A DNA stretch of 64,000 nt. Origin: Camelus ferus. Taxonomy: Eukaryota. A program made the translations under genes and the position numbers. This document shows positions 1-12,947 of the stretch, piece after piece. The notes under the pieces were generated by a model. It saw only the letters and a program-made list of their open reading frames with translations. It made no database searches and had not been told where the DNA came from. Each line of letters starts with the position of its first letter. The stretch's first letter is position 1. Location: contig NC_045697.1 in the NCBI RefSeq assembly GCF_009834535.1, forward strand, positions 110,238,001 to 110,302,000. Direction: 5' to 3'.

Positions 1-751
1 ACGGGGTCGCGAGATGCTCCCAGGGATCCACCAATCTTGATGAAGGAACAGGGAAAATAAAAAGTAAATTTAAAAAATGGTACCTCTGCCTTTTTTTTTT
101 TTTTTTTTTTCATTCTCAAAGTTTTTTTGTTTTGTTTTTTTCCTCTCCTGAAAGCTCTTTTTATTGTTCTGTATTCACATGTACATTTTTTGGTAATATG
201 CTTATAATTTAGACTCTCCAATTCTCCTTTTTTTTAACTTTTGTTCAATGTTTGTTTTTTTGTTTTTGTTTGTTGCTTCTGCCTTTCTATCTCCTCCTGT
301 CCCTGCACACCCTGGTTGGGGAAGGGGATGGAATTTTGCAAATACATGCATGACATAATTTGTCATTTGTCATCTCAAAACTGAAAATTTTTTATTAATA
401 TTGTTATTTAAATGTCATGATTCATATTTTTAATTAAATTATCTTTTCTAAATTAATCTTGATTTTCCCCCCATATCTCCATTCCACAGGTAATAAATAA
501 GTTTTTAAAAAATGTGCGAATAAAATTGTTTAAAATTACCTTTATTTCTTCCTAAGCCTTTAATCCACAAGTAAAAAGATGAAAATGTGTATCAATGAGG
601 CTTTTTATATTGTTAAAATACTAAGTGGAATTTTCAGACTTCAACTTGCTATTAAACAAATGGCAATATTGAACATTCTCCTTACAACAACTTGATTGCC
701 TTTGATTTTGTGATCATCACTGTTTATTTTTATTCGCCTCTGCACAGTATT

Positions 752-1335
752 TGTAACTGCTAGGTGGTTAGATAAGTGGGGGGTACCAGGCAGATAGGGT
801 GGAGGAGACGGAGGCTGGTCCAGAAGATGGCACTATGCCCAGCGCTAGCATAAAGGGGCTCTACCTCTAAATGAAAGCCAGCAAGAAGCCGGTTAGGATG
901 CGACAGCCTAAACTGTGAGGCAGCAGCAAGGACCTAACCGGATATGACCCACTGCTCATTGGAATATAATTAGCATGTGGCTTAGCACCCCCCCCCACCT
1001 GGCCCCCCACACACACAAGAGGTTTTTCTATGTGCATCCTGGGTACGACCACGCGCAAGGGGGATGGGCATGCCTAAGCATTCAAGGGACCAGAGCTATC
1101 AATCAATCAAAGAACGCCCCTAAAGCAAGGATGTAAGACAAAAGGGACATAGAAGTGGAGCCATTTGTTCCTCTCTTGGGTTGGCCCACCTTCAGTTCTC
1201 AAAGGTGTACTATACTGACTTTTGCTCTACTAATAAAATCCTTTGTTTATATCACATTTTCAGTCTTCTGTTTAGATTCCTTTTCTTGGTTAAGACAAAG
1301 AATCGAGGTTATTTTCTTGCTTCCCCATGGTAACA
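752..1335 (+). mobile_element. Solo ERV LTR (ERV1-like)
   Basis: TGTAAC...GTAACA termini, AATAAA at 1232-1237 and a typical U5-like tail. No clear TSD. Confidence 0.7.
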
Positions 1336-1344
1336 TAGACAGAA

Positions 1345-1975
1345 TCAAAATGGAACTTACACAAGTAACTGGCATGAGGAAGTGCCCCAAATGCCCATGG
1401 CCCCCACCCCCACTCTTGTTTGTCACCTCCCCTGTCCCAGCCCCTGCGACCTGGGCGGTTCCATTCAATCTCTGACTCAGGAAGAGAAAACTCAGGCCTG
1501 TCTTACAGACGCCTCTGTGTGCTCTGCAGGCACCACCCAGGAGTGGAAGGGTTGTGGCACCATGGCCCTTTTTGGGGACAGCCAAGTGGTGAAGGGAAAA
1601 TCCTCCCAGTGGGCAGAATTTCAAGTAGTGCCTCTAGTCGTTCATTTTGCTTGTAAGGAGAAGTGGCCAGAGATACGGTTTCTGTACGGCTTCAAGGACT
1701 GTCGCCAATGGTTTGGCTGGATGGTCAGGAACTTGGAATGAACGTGACAAGAAAACTAGTAAGGAGATCCATGGAAGCATGTGGCTAGACCTCCCCAAAT
1801 GTGCCTGAAAACAGAGACATTTGTGCCCACGTGGATGCTCACCGAAGGGTTATCTCAGAAGAGGAGGACTTTAATAATCAATGGATGGGACTGACCTGTA
1901 TGTGGACACCAATCAGCCTCTGTCCCCAGCCATTCCTATCGCTGCCCAAAGGGCTCAAGAACAACGTGGCCGTAG
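1345..1975 (+). mobile_element. ERVL internal pol fragment (RNase H region), decayed
   Basis: Translations EEKTQACLTDAS...GKSSQWAEFQVVPLVVHFACKEKWP and HVDAHRRVISEEEDFNNQ match ERV-L RNase H (WFTDGS, GKSSQWAELRAVHL, HVSAHQRVTSAEEDFNNQ). Frameshifted. Confidence 0.85.
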
Positions 1976-3642
1976 TACCAGTGCAGCAATCCAGTACTTG
2001 TGACATGCACAGCACGACACAAAATCGACCACGCCAACTGTCATCACGGCTTTTGTGCTCATGTTAATACATATCCCTTACTATATAGCTGGACACTATG
2101 GTTTAGCACAATCGCTACCAGGAAGAGAAAGAATACAAACATCTTTTGTTTACATATTTAATAGAAAGCAGAACCCAATTTATATTTTGTTAACCCATAG
2201 GAAAGTAACATTTATTTAATTACCTTTATCCATAGATACAACATCAAAATAGTGCTATATAATTTAATAAAATTATCTTAGATATATATCTTATTTTTTT
2301 TAACACCAGAACCCAATTTCTAACAAATATTAACTTGTCAAGAACCGAAACGAGCTCTACAAAAGCTGAAAGAATCAGAAGTTGGGTTTCATTTCACGTA
2401 TCTCAGAAGGGAAAAATCTAAGTGCATCCAAATAACCCTGAATCAATTCTGAAACGAAACAGGATCGACACACGCGTGCCAGGAAAAACTGTTACAAGAA
2501 AAAGAAACAGTATTTGTTACTTATTACAAATATGAGTATGATGGATCCAGGCAGCTGGAGGTCCTTTTATTTGCTGATCATAAAAGCACCATCCCCAGGA
2601 CAGCAGTTTTAAAATCATCTGAAAGGACACGGGGAAGCACTCCCACTTCAAGTAGTATGGAAGACTCGGGATTCTGAAAGTCCCTTAGGCAACAGTTCAA
2701 ACAGAAAGGGTGTGGGGGGCAGGAAGGGGGGAGCTGACCACAACAAGCATAATGATTGCTTATGTCACGGTGAGCTCTGAGCTGAAGCCCAGGGCAATGA
2801 AAGCAAAGAGACAGGAGCAGGAGCCGGCTCCTCAGATGCAGCCAAACCTGCAGCCCTTGCACACAAAAACGGGGGGGTGGGGGCAAATCTGAGAAGTCTG
2901 CATCAAGCCAGAACCCCTGAAGGAACTGCCTTTTGTATTTAATAGGGCCTCCCAGGACTGAGGCTTTGGGGCACTGCCTGGTAATGCAACACGCACGGGG
3001 CCACAGGGCATCCTAGATGAGGAAAGGTGGGGGTTGTGAAATCAAAAATGACCCCAAGAGGGTTATATTTTGGAAATCACAAAGACCTTTTGTCCACCTT
3101 TTCTAGCAAAAGAAGGGTTAGAGGCTGCTTCAAAGTTTTCAGAAACAATTTCCTGCAGCACTAACTCAGGATCCTGCGACGGGAGCTGGAGACACCCCTC
3201 TGGCCAGCAGACCCCTCGGGTCAGGCATTCAACCCCAGTCAAAGACGGACCTGCACACTTCAAACCACCCTCCCACTGTGAGCTGTCAGGATTACCTTAA
3301 ACATCAACAAACCAGACCAGGATGGAGACCAACAAATCCTTGTTTACAACAAACAGAATTGTATGGCTCTTTTCATATTTAATTCCTTATTCCAGCTGGA
3401 ACTGATTTCAGCATGTGGTTTAATTTGAGACTCCAACTTGATTTTATTCCAAGTACTTTAAACCATTTTTTTTTCATCCAGGGATGCCAGATCCAAGTCT
3501 CAAAAGAGAGAAAGATCTGACCACATACACCAAAAAAAAAGAAAAAAAAGAAAAGAAAGAAACTTTAAACTTCTATATATTAAACGAGTATTGCAAATAA
3601 AATGAAAAGGCAAAGGATACACCGAAAAGAAAAAAAAGAACA

Positions 3643-3775
3643 GGTGGAGGGTATAGCTCAGTGGTAGACCTAGTGCTTAGCACGCACAAGGTCCTGGGTT
3701 CAATCCCTACTACCTCCATTAAAAGAGTAAATAAATAAACCTAATTACCCTCTCCCTCAAAAAATAATAACAACT
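3643..3775 (+). mobile_element. Camelid tRNA-derived SINE (Vic-1-like)
   Basis: GGAGGGTATAGCTCAGTGGTAGA (A box)...GGTTCAATCCC (B box)...AAATAAATAAACCTAATTACC tail. Confidence 0.85.
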
Positions 3776-4910
3776 TTTTTAAATTAAAAAAATTAAAAGT
3801 AGCCCTTTGTTGTTTAAAAAAGCTATAAAAATCATGTTTTCATGGAAAATTTAATGATTGGAACACCCATTCCCTGTAAGGTTAACTGAAAAATAGAATA
3901 AAAGATTGTGTATTATCTCCATTAACTACACAGTCAATCAATCTCCCTCCACCCCTGTGTGTTTCCAAATACTCCTGCTCCGGCTAAGCACTTTCAGCGA
4001 TCCTCTGGGCACTGACTGAACACCTCCTCGGTCCACTGGGCACCCTCCAAGTACCATCGTGTCTCCGTGGGCCCTGCAACTGCTCCACCGACACTATCCT
4101 ACGGTGACACAAGACAGGTTGCCACCGTCTGTTTAGGGACATTTGATCAGACCTCAAAGCCACACTCTTCAGCCAAAGCGTTTTTGAAACAGGTCTCTGT
4201 GGGCCCAAACATGAGTTCCGTGTCTCCGGGACCGGCAGACACCTATCAAGGGAGTCCCACCCTCCTGAAGCAGGCTGGGACTTTCTGAATAGGACAAGCT
4301 CATCTTGGTCAGGTCTGTCTTCTCTCAGCATGAGCTCGCCCACGAGCCCAGGCACCAGTGGACTTGTCAGGCCACTGCCACCCTCTCACAGCTGAGATGC
4401 ATCTGGGTTGGGGCTGAAGGTTTCTCACAGGACACAGCCCACCCCAGTAATTCAGTGGATATTTGCGGACAACAACTAACGATGCCAGTTACACATACGC
4501 ACTTTTTAAAATCACAAAGGAGACACCACAAAAGTTAACTTTCAGGTGGTGAGATTCAGGATGCTTTTTATTTCCTTTTTCCAAGCTTTTTTGTATTTCT
4601 CATTCTGTGAAATGAGCATGTATTATATTTAGAATTAGAGAAAGCAATGAAAGAAAACTGGAACTTCTTTCTAGAGCCCAGATACAAACCATAATAAATA
4701 TTAAAATGTCATAATGGTTGTAAATCTTCAAATAAAATACAATTGGCTCTGAGGGAATACAATTTCATGTTGGCTATTCTGAATTCCGCCTGACTCCAGG
4801 GTACTTTTAACGATCTGCAAATACTAGTAGTAATATTTACATGAATAAATGTTTAGAATGCCAATTTTAAAGTTTGATGATTAGTGAAATTGTTGAGAAC
4901 ACTGCATAAT

Positions 4911-5335
4911 TGTGGCAGCCTGAGGGAGGCTGCCCGGAGACGCGGAGTTATCTAAGAGCCCCGGCCTGGCTGCCGCCACCCAGGCCACCCAGGCCACCCA
5001 GGTTGCGCCTCGGACCCTAGCCAGGCCACGCCCCTCTCAGGCCGCTCCCAGCCGGTGACTGGGGACTCTTCTCCTGGGCAGCCTTTGCTTTGGGGTACCC
5101 CCATTTTCCAGCCACGACTCTTTCAGAGCTGTATTCAGTCTGCGCCTCTTCCCATCCAATCCTCCGTCCTTCCCTCTCTCCCTTCCCAGCTACCAGTCCT
5201 CCATCACCGCTGGAGTCTCCTCCCACCTGCTCCTGCTCCCTCGCCCGCCCCGTATCGTTTATAGGTCTGTCTCCCAGTGAATCTTTTGTCTGATCAACTC
5301 CATTATAGAGCCCGCTTCTCAGAGCACCTGAACTG
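4911..5335. mobile_element. Old ERVL-class LTR (LTR16-like), containing a short (CAGGCCACC)n repeat
   Basis: TGTGGCAG start, GC-rich body and an LTR16-like 3' end (CCCAGTGAATC...GCTTCTCAGAGCACCTGAACT). Family assignment tentative. Confidence 0.45.
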
Positions 5336-5527
5336 GTCTTATCACCAGCAATACTATTTTGTGCTAGTTTTTATCTGGCTTTATAAAAAGGGAATACCAC
5401 TATTGTAGATCCAGAGCAGATTAAATTTCATGAATGCTAAACAAATGCTTATTTATAAAAGTATTCATGTAACAAACATTAATACAGTTCTTGGCTTTCA
5501 TACACTAAACAGATTAAATTATTAGAT

Positions 5528-5692
5528 GGGGGGAGGATATAGCTCAGTAGTAGAGCACATGCTTAGCATGCATGAGGTCATGGGTTGGAGCCGCAGTACT
5601 TCTGTTAAATAAAAAAAGAAGAAGAAGAAATAAGTACACCTAATTACTTCCCCCTCAAAAAAAAAAAAAAAACCCACAAATAAATAAATAAA
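5528..5692 (+). mobile_element. Camelid tRNA-derived SINE
   Basis: GGGGGAGGATATAGCTCAGTAGTAGAGCACATGCTTAGCATGC head and ACCTAATTACTTCCCC tail. Confidence 0.85.
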
Positions 5693-5832
5693 ATCTCCAT
5701 TACAATTTTTTAAAAAATAAATGATTTGGATGAATATAAATGATGAGCATGATAGATTAAGTAGAAACAATAGTTGTTTTCATACGGTATAATAATTCTA
5801 TATATTCTCATGGTTCAAAAAGCATTGATAAT

Positions 5833-6056
5833 GGGGGACGGATATAGCTCAGTGGTAGAGAGCATGCTTAGCATGCATGAGGTCCCAGGTTCAATCCCCA
5901 GTACCTTCATTAAAAAAAAAAAACTTTTTAATAAAGGAATATGTGTATGTGTATGTATGGCTGAAACATTATGCTGTATACCAGAAATTGACACAATGTT
6001 GTAAACTGACTATACATCAATTAAAAAAAGAAAAGGAAAAGAAAAAAATTAAAATA
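5833..6056 (+). mobile_element. SINE head fused to an L1 3' terminus (chimeric insertion)
   Basis: SINE at 5833-~5922, then an L1 3' end (GAAACATTATGCTGTATACCAGAAATTGACAC...CAATTAAAAA). The whole unit is flanked by AAAAAGCATTGATA / AAAAAGCACTGACA. Confidence 0.75.
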
Positions 6057-7329
6057 AAAAAGCACTGACATACCTACACAAAAATATTTTCGAGGCTCCT
6101 GATGCCCTCACCATAACAAGCTCAGGTCTTCCAAAGGAAATGATTTTGATCAGAGGAATAAGTCTCTAATCTACCCATTAAACACAAATCAAGGCTTTAA
6201 AATAATTAAGTTCTGCATATGAACTGGGTAGCTACTACATTTGTAATTTGAGTTACGTTAATTACCATCAGACAAACATTTATGTATCTTGATTCTATGG
6301 CACCCTGGACACAACAACCAGACAAAACTGAAAAGCGGGTAAAACTTCCCGTGACAGCCCCCTACTCAGTCTTAGTTTTTCAAAGTTCTTCCCAGACACC
6401 TCTCTCCATTGCTGCTGCTTCAAGGTTGGAACCAGGCTCTTCCCCAGTCCTTCCCATCAATGTCCCTTTCAGGCCACCTTCCCCTCCAGAAAGAGCTTCA
6501 AGCTTTAGGCTTTTCCCCTAACAGTCCCCAAACCCAGGTATTTCGTTCTGTTCTGAATGTTTTTCTTTTTGGTAAATGTAAGGATAATGTGCGTCCTCTA
6601 AGGTGTTACTGAGTGACACCAGTTCATAATACAGTTGTTTCTCAGGAAGAAAATCATCTGAGCTCCAGTTTAAAATTATTCTGCCAAGTTAACCCTGTGA
6701 CCTGGAGCTAAAGGGATTAAAGACAAAGCCTCATTGATTTGATAAATGAAATATAGCTGACTTCAGCTTTTATGCCGAACCATGACTTTCCAGCTATTCC
6801 TTGTCGAAATGTGTTCTGCAGGCTTTGCCTCCAAAGATGTTAATGAGCGGCAGCTGGTAAAGAATTGTGTGAAGACAGAAATTTCGAGTAAGAGAGATAC
6901 ACAGATAAACATTCTGTTTGCCTACAAGCATGTTAGAAGCCCAGTGTAGAAAACACTCTTCGTAAGTCTTCAAAGCCCCGGCCACTGTTAAACTTACCAG
7001 GTCTTACTTTTTTTTGCTGATGCTCATTTAATCACATCTGATTTCCTCCTTAGAACTTCTAATTAATTTACCAACCATTTAAACTCAGTAATCTGCTAGG
7101 GAGAGGTCCGGGCCAGCTCATGAGAACAGCTGGATCTGCGCCATTTTATATAAACAAAGAAACATCTGACTTCCTAAATTGTCACGGGAAATATCGGAGG
7201 AAGGAAGAGAAGGGACTGGAAAAAATTAAACACTTTCAGCAATGGCTTGGATCTTGTCTTCTAACATATAAGATATTTTGGGATATAGGTTCCCACCATC
7301 TCTGTAAGTGATCCTTGTTTTTAGATGCT

Positions 7330-7510
7330 TTTCACACACATTATTTCATCTGACTGGCAAAACAGTCCCAGGCTATAGGTTTGTACTGTCTCCACTTTGC
7401 AGATAAGGAAACATCTACTGATGGAATTTTAGTGACTTAGGTGAGACCCACATTTACTCTGTGACAGAATGGGGACTAGACCCCAAAGAAGACATCTATA
7501 CACAGCTTTG
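7330..7510 (-). mobile_element. MIR SINE (old)
   Basis: Reverse MIR core CCACTTTGCAGATAAGGAAAC...TTAGTGACTT. Confidence 0.55.
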
Positions 7511-7590
7511 ACTCATACCTTGCTGTCTTTCCTCCCTCTTATCACCATATGTCACAGAAGTACCAATGGCTGTTCAAGACGGTGTTTCTT

Positions 7591-8222
7591 ACACATGCAC
7601 CCCAATGCTCACAGCAACACTATTTACAATAGCCAAGACATGGAAACAGCCTAAACGTCCATCAACAATTGACTGGATAAAGAAGTTGTGGGATATTTAC
7701 ACAACAGAATACTACTCAGCCATTAAAAAGAATGAAATAATGCCATTTGCAGCAACATGGATGGACCTGGAGAACATCATTCTACGTGAAGTAAACCAGA
7801 AAGAGAAAGACAAATACCATATGATATCACTTATATGTGGAATCTAAAAAAAAGAAAAATAAACTTATTTACAAAACAGAAACAGATTCACAGACATAAA
7901 AAACAAACCTATGGTTACCAGGGAGGAGAGGGTGGGAAGGGATAAATTGGGAGCTCAAGATTTGTAGATACTAACTACTATATATAAAATAGATAAATAA
8001 CAAGTTTATACTGTAGAGCACAGGGAACTATATTCAATATCTTGTGGTTACCTATAATGAAAAAGAATATGAAAATGAATATACGTATGTATATGTATGA
8101 CTGAAACATTATGCTGTACACCAGAAATTGACACAACATTGTAAATTGACTATACCTCAATAAATAGATTAAAAATTTTTTTAATTTAAAATTAAAAAAT
8201 TAAAAAGAACACACACATCAAA
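7591..8222 (+). mobile_element. Young L1, 5'-truncated (ORF2 C-terminus + 3'UTR)
   Basis: Encodes [21 protein letters not shown]...EYYSAIKKNEIMPFAATWMDLE, followed by an A-rich tail. Possible TSD GTGTTTCTTA at 7582 and 8223. Confidence 0.92.
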
Positions 8223-9934
8223 GTGTTTCTTAGCCACAAAAGATTAGCACATTATAGGATTTAAAAGGTTACAAGTAACATAAATGAGAAAATATATGGA
8301 CATGTGTCTCTCTCAAACCTAAGAAAGTCCATTTTCTCTCTCTGAACTATAAGGTGTAATATTTTCTCCTGGAAGAGAATGCTATCAAACTAAAAACTAA
8401 TGAAAATTATAATACCAGACAGACCACTATAATAAGTGTCACTACTTAAAATCATATTTGAAAATCTGGACAGTTGACCTCTTGAGACACCCACTTCTGG
8501 AAATCTTAAGTACATGAATACAGTTTAGTCTTTCCTTTAAATCTGAACCTTCATTTCTGACTTATAACGTAATTGGTCTTTGTTCTCCAGATTTCTGCCC
8601 TTCTATATGCTCTTTTTAAAAAAAAAAAAATAGCTTTTGTTTACTCCTCTGTTGTGAAATGATCAAGTCCCTCCTCACTGCTATGGTCCCAACACCAGGA
8701 AGCTCTCTTTTAACTTGCTCTTTCTCAAGGGCTGGGGGAATTAGAAGCCAGACTACCCAACTAAGTTCATTAAGGGAGCAAATATTTATGAAGCCCCTGC
8801 TAGTTACCACCAACAGTCCGGTGGGTGCTGATGACACAAGTTTCATGAGATGTGGTCCCCCTCCTCCAGGAACCCACCATCTAGAGGAGGAGATGGGTGC
8901 AGAGAGGGAGGGATTCAGTAAGGGACTGCAGACTCCAGTGCAGATCAGACAAGCTGCCAGGACAGGACAGGAGATGGAGAAACCAGCTCAGCCTGAGAAA
9001 CTGGGAACCAACAGGTCCCAGGAGTGAGACTTGAGCTGGATTTTGAAGAATATATACAATTTTCTTAAGTGAAAAAGAGAAAGTAAGGGCATTACAGGCG
9101 CAAAAGAAAAAAAGCATGATAAAAGGCATAAAGTAATGAAAAGACCTGATGAGTTGAGAAAAAGTAAAGAAATTAAAAATGATGACTCAAATAAAGCTTC
9201 CGTAAAATGAAACTTGAGGGAAACAGCATGAGGGTTATGGAAAATGGATCTGCTGACATGGATTTTGGGTTCTCTTACTTTCTAGTTAGATGTGTTTGAA
9301 ACCACCCTCTAACTGAGAAGGCAAATTCTCATTGTTACATGGGCCTATTTTGAATTGCAATTTTTTTCTACTAATGAACCTCAGCTTACTTGTAAGTGCC
9401 CATGTATAGCTTCATTTGTAACACAGACAGGTTTATATTTCACAGCAGCTCCCCAAAGGGAGTTCCAGGAGGACAAGGGCTTGCGTTTTCTTCACTGCTG
9501 ATGCTCCAGCGTCTGAAATGCTGACTCAACAAATGCACAAGTCGCATTTATATAGAGCTTCCCAGTGTGCAGATCACTTTCATGTCTGTTACCTTCTTGT
9601 ATCTTACTAACACAGCACAGATGACAGCAAGCACCACTTTAAATAAGAAGCACTCCCCCGTACCTGCTTCCTCTCCCTCCCATCGCCATGGCCGGACTGC
9701 TATAGTGACAAAACTTATGAAGGTGTAAATAAACATCCCTGCCTTTAGAACTACCTCCGCCTTATCCCAAAAGCAGTCACATCAGTTTTTCTCCACAAGA
9801 AAGGACTTTTACAAATGAAACAACCAGCATCAATGGTTTTAATGATTTGGGTTTTCTAGAGTGTCTGTGCCACCTCTTATACCTGGCTTATAGTAGAGTG
9901 AGCCAAGGTGGAGACTGACACCAGATTACAGTAA

Positions 9935-10118
9935 TTATTCTAGGGTCCACTGAATCACCTGGAGATCTTTCAAAACTCAAGACTCCTCTACCCCTACCTT
10001 CTATGGAAGGTTTCTGTTTCAATAGGTCTGGGATGGGACTCAAGAAATTTACATTTCTAACAGGTTCAGTGATGCTAATCCTTTAGGTCCTGGGACCACA
10101 CCTTGAGAACTACTGACC
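9935..10118. mobile_element. MER5A-like hAT-Charlie non-autonomous DNA transposon
   Basis: GAATCACCTGGAGATCTT...TAGGTCTGGGATGGG...ATTTCTAACAGG...GGGACCACACCTTGAGAACTACTG. Confidence 0.7.
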
Positions 10119-11637
10119 TGGAAAATCAGTCTGTTGACACCAGATGCAAAACCATAATAACACCAGCATAATTCTATCACTGCAATTACATCAGGATGAC
10201 CTGCACTTTTATGTTTAACTTTTGTTGATAAGTGTTTTTACCCCACATAAATCCTCAGTCAGATGCAGAAATAAATGGTTGTTCCGATTAATTATTTTAT
10301 GAAAACTAGATGAATTACTTTATGAAAAACTAGTTTTATTTATCTTCTTGCAAATTAAAACGAGTTAAAAGAAAAAATACACAACAGAAAGGGGTAGGTC
10401 ACTCTCAAGAATTAGGATAGCACTGATTATTTAAAAATTACACATTTCAATTTAGAACAAATTTCTTTAGCTTAAACAGAAACAGTAATTTGCTAAAAAT
10501 TAAAATAAAATTTGCTAACTGTTTAAGTAGAAAATCAGACTCATATTTCCAAAGGAATGGAATTTTCATTATAGAATCAAGTTACCCGGTTTATAAATTT
10601 AGTGTGTAGAAGCTCTGTGCTTCCGAAAGACAAACTGGAAAACAGCTGCTGGGGTACGTCTCCTCCTCAGAGCCTTAATTTCACCCAGAAGAGCCAGTTT
10701 TTATTATTTATAATACAAGCATGTCACAGTGTTTCCCATTATGAAATTCACTGTTTTGTTTTGAAGTTCAAAAGGTGATGGTTGCCTGCTCAGGTCAAGG
10801 CATCAAGTTCTAAAAGTTGGTGAGCTCAGTTCTGAGATAAAATGCCAACTCTTGCACATTCCATACTAATAACATCTAGAAATCTGTATTTAGATAGTTG
10901 TTAAACAATCCTCCATGCTATAGTAAAAATATCTACATATATGAATGGGCAGGGCAGGGCAGGGGGGTATGCTGAAAAGTCTAAAGAAAATAAAACGAAG
11001 TCTTTGTTCCAAAAAGATGGTTAATTACAATGCTGATTCTAAAGTTGGTTGGACTGGATATGTTATCAGTCCAAATACTGTCCTCTAAGGTCACAGTTTC
11101 TTAGATTGTCACACAAATACTCCATAGATGTGCAAAACAAATCCAACCCCTACCAAACAATTTTAAAAACCATTATTATAATACTTTCAGTTACTAAATA
11201 TTTTCACAAAAGTGGTCAAATTGAACAACTCAACAACAGAAAAGGCTATAGCAACAAATTGTTTCCAAAATTGAAAAAAATACATACATATTTTCTAAAA
11301 CTGCAAAAAAATACATGTATTTATATATATGAGAGATTTCTAAGAAGGAAACACCTCTGCAGACACCTAATGGAGACCAGTGCTGTGAAGAACTATGAAG
11401 AACTCCTATTTACCGTGTGTGGAAAGAACCTAAATCCATGTAGCTGCTCCCATCAACACTACACTATTTCACAATTAGGTTTGTCAAGGGTTATCCTGAA
11501 GCATTTTCTCATCACAAAATGGAATCCCCTCAGCAGATACTGTTTGGGAAACCCAAATCCTGAAGGCATGGTTAGAACTGAAGTAGATGCCCAAGTGATA
11601 GGACTCCTGACTTTTATAGAGGAATTCCATGTTTCAT

Positions 11638-11734
11638 AGAAAAGAAAAGAAAGAAAAGAAAGGAAAGAAAGAAAGAACAGAAAGGAAAGAAAGAAAGAAA
11701 GAACAGAAAGGAAAGAAAGAAAGAAAGAAAGAAA

Positions 11735-11799
<65 letters not shown>

Positions 11800-12572
11800 A
11801 GAAGAAAGAAAGAAAGAAAGAAAGAGAAGGAAGGAAGGAAGAAGGAAGGAAGGAAGAGAGAAGGAAGGAAGGAAGAGAAGGAAGGAAGGAAGAGAAGGAA
11901 AGGAAGGAAGAGAAGGAAAGGAAGGAAGAGAAGGAAAGGAAGGAAGAAAGGGAAAGAAGGAAAGGGAAAGAAGGAAGCAAGGAAGAGAGAGAAGGAAAGG
12001 GAAAGAAGGAAGCAAGGGAGAGAAGGAAAGGAAGGAAGGAAGGAAGAGAGAGAAGGAAAGGAAGGAAGGAAGAGAGAAAGAAAGGAAGGAAGGAAAGGAA
12101 GGAAGAAAGGAAGAAAGAAAGAAAGGGAAAGAAGGAAGGAAGGAAGAGAGAGAAGGAAAGGAAGGAAGAGAGAAAGAAAAAGAAAGAAAAAGAAAGAAAG
12201 AAAGAAAGAAAGAAGAAAGAAAGAAAGAAGAAGAAGAAAGAAAGAGAGAGAGAAAGAAAGAAAAGAAGGAAGGAAGGAAGAGAAGGAAAGGAAGGAAAGG
12301 AAGGAAGAAAGAGAGGAAGGAAGGAAGAAAGAAAGAAAGGGAAAGAAGGAAGGAAGGAAGAGAGAGAAGGAAAGGAAGGAAGAAAGAGAGGAAGGAAGGA
12401 AGGAAGAGCGAAAGAAAAGAAAGAAGAAAGAAGAAAGAAAGAAAGAAAAGAAGAAAGAAGAAAGAAAGAAAGAAGAAGAAAGAAAAGAAAAGAAAGAAAG
12501 AAAAGAAAAGAAAAGAAAAGAAAAGAAAAAGAAAAGAAAAGAGGAAGGAAGGAAGGAAAGAAAGAAAAGAAA
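11638..12572 (+). repeat. 935-bp polypurine compound microsatellite (GAAA/GGAA/GAAAA units)
   Basis: Only A and G apart from a handful of C, with no T. It is the source of the spurious K/E/R-rich and F/L/S-rich ORFs in the track. Confidence 0.97.
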
Positions 12573-12909
12573 CTTTAAAGGACCATAAAAAAAAAATCCC
12601 CAAATCAGGAGTTCATTTTCTTCTGTCACAAAAGGGGAACAAAGGCACAGGGTGCTGAGCACTGTCCCCACAAATGCCATGTGTGCACAACACAGGTGTG
12701 TCTGCACCCCATCCCTACCTGCCCCGCCCCTGCTCTGCTGCGTGACTCCCAGAAAGACCCTGCAAACTACACGACACAGACTCCCTTGTCAACTGGCTTC
12801 TCATTAGAGCTGCACAAAGGGACAAGGAGGAGAGCCGAGGGCCAAAGAAGGAGTGAAATCCCAAGGTTTTTCTCGGCCCCCAGTGGTGTCTCTAGCAGTG
12901 GTCTTAGCA

Positions 12910-12913
<4 letters not shown>

Positions 12914-12945
<32 letters not shown>
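12914..12945 (+). repeat. (CA)n microsatellite
   Basis: Directly visible. Confidence 0.95.

Positions 12946-12947
<2 letters not shown>

Noticed and set aside
80..560. T-rich, low-complexity start of the window
   Set aside because: No assignable structure; homopolymer-rich and possibly noisy sequence.
11049..11639. 196-aa plus-strand ORF
   Set aside because: Non-ATG (TTG) start, no recognisable domain and no splice or promoter context, so most likely a chance ORF.
11459..12707. Long ORFs of 173-357 aa on both strands (K/E/R-rich or F/L/S-rich)
   Set aside because: They are by-products of the T-free purine microsatellite, which cannot contain stop codons.
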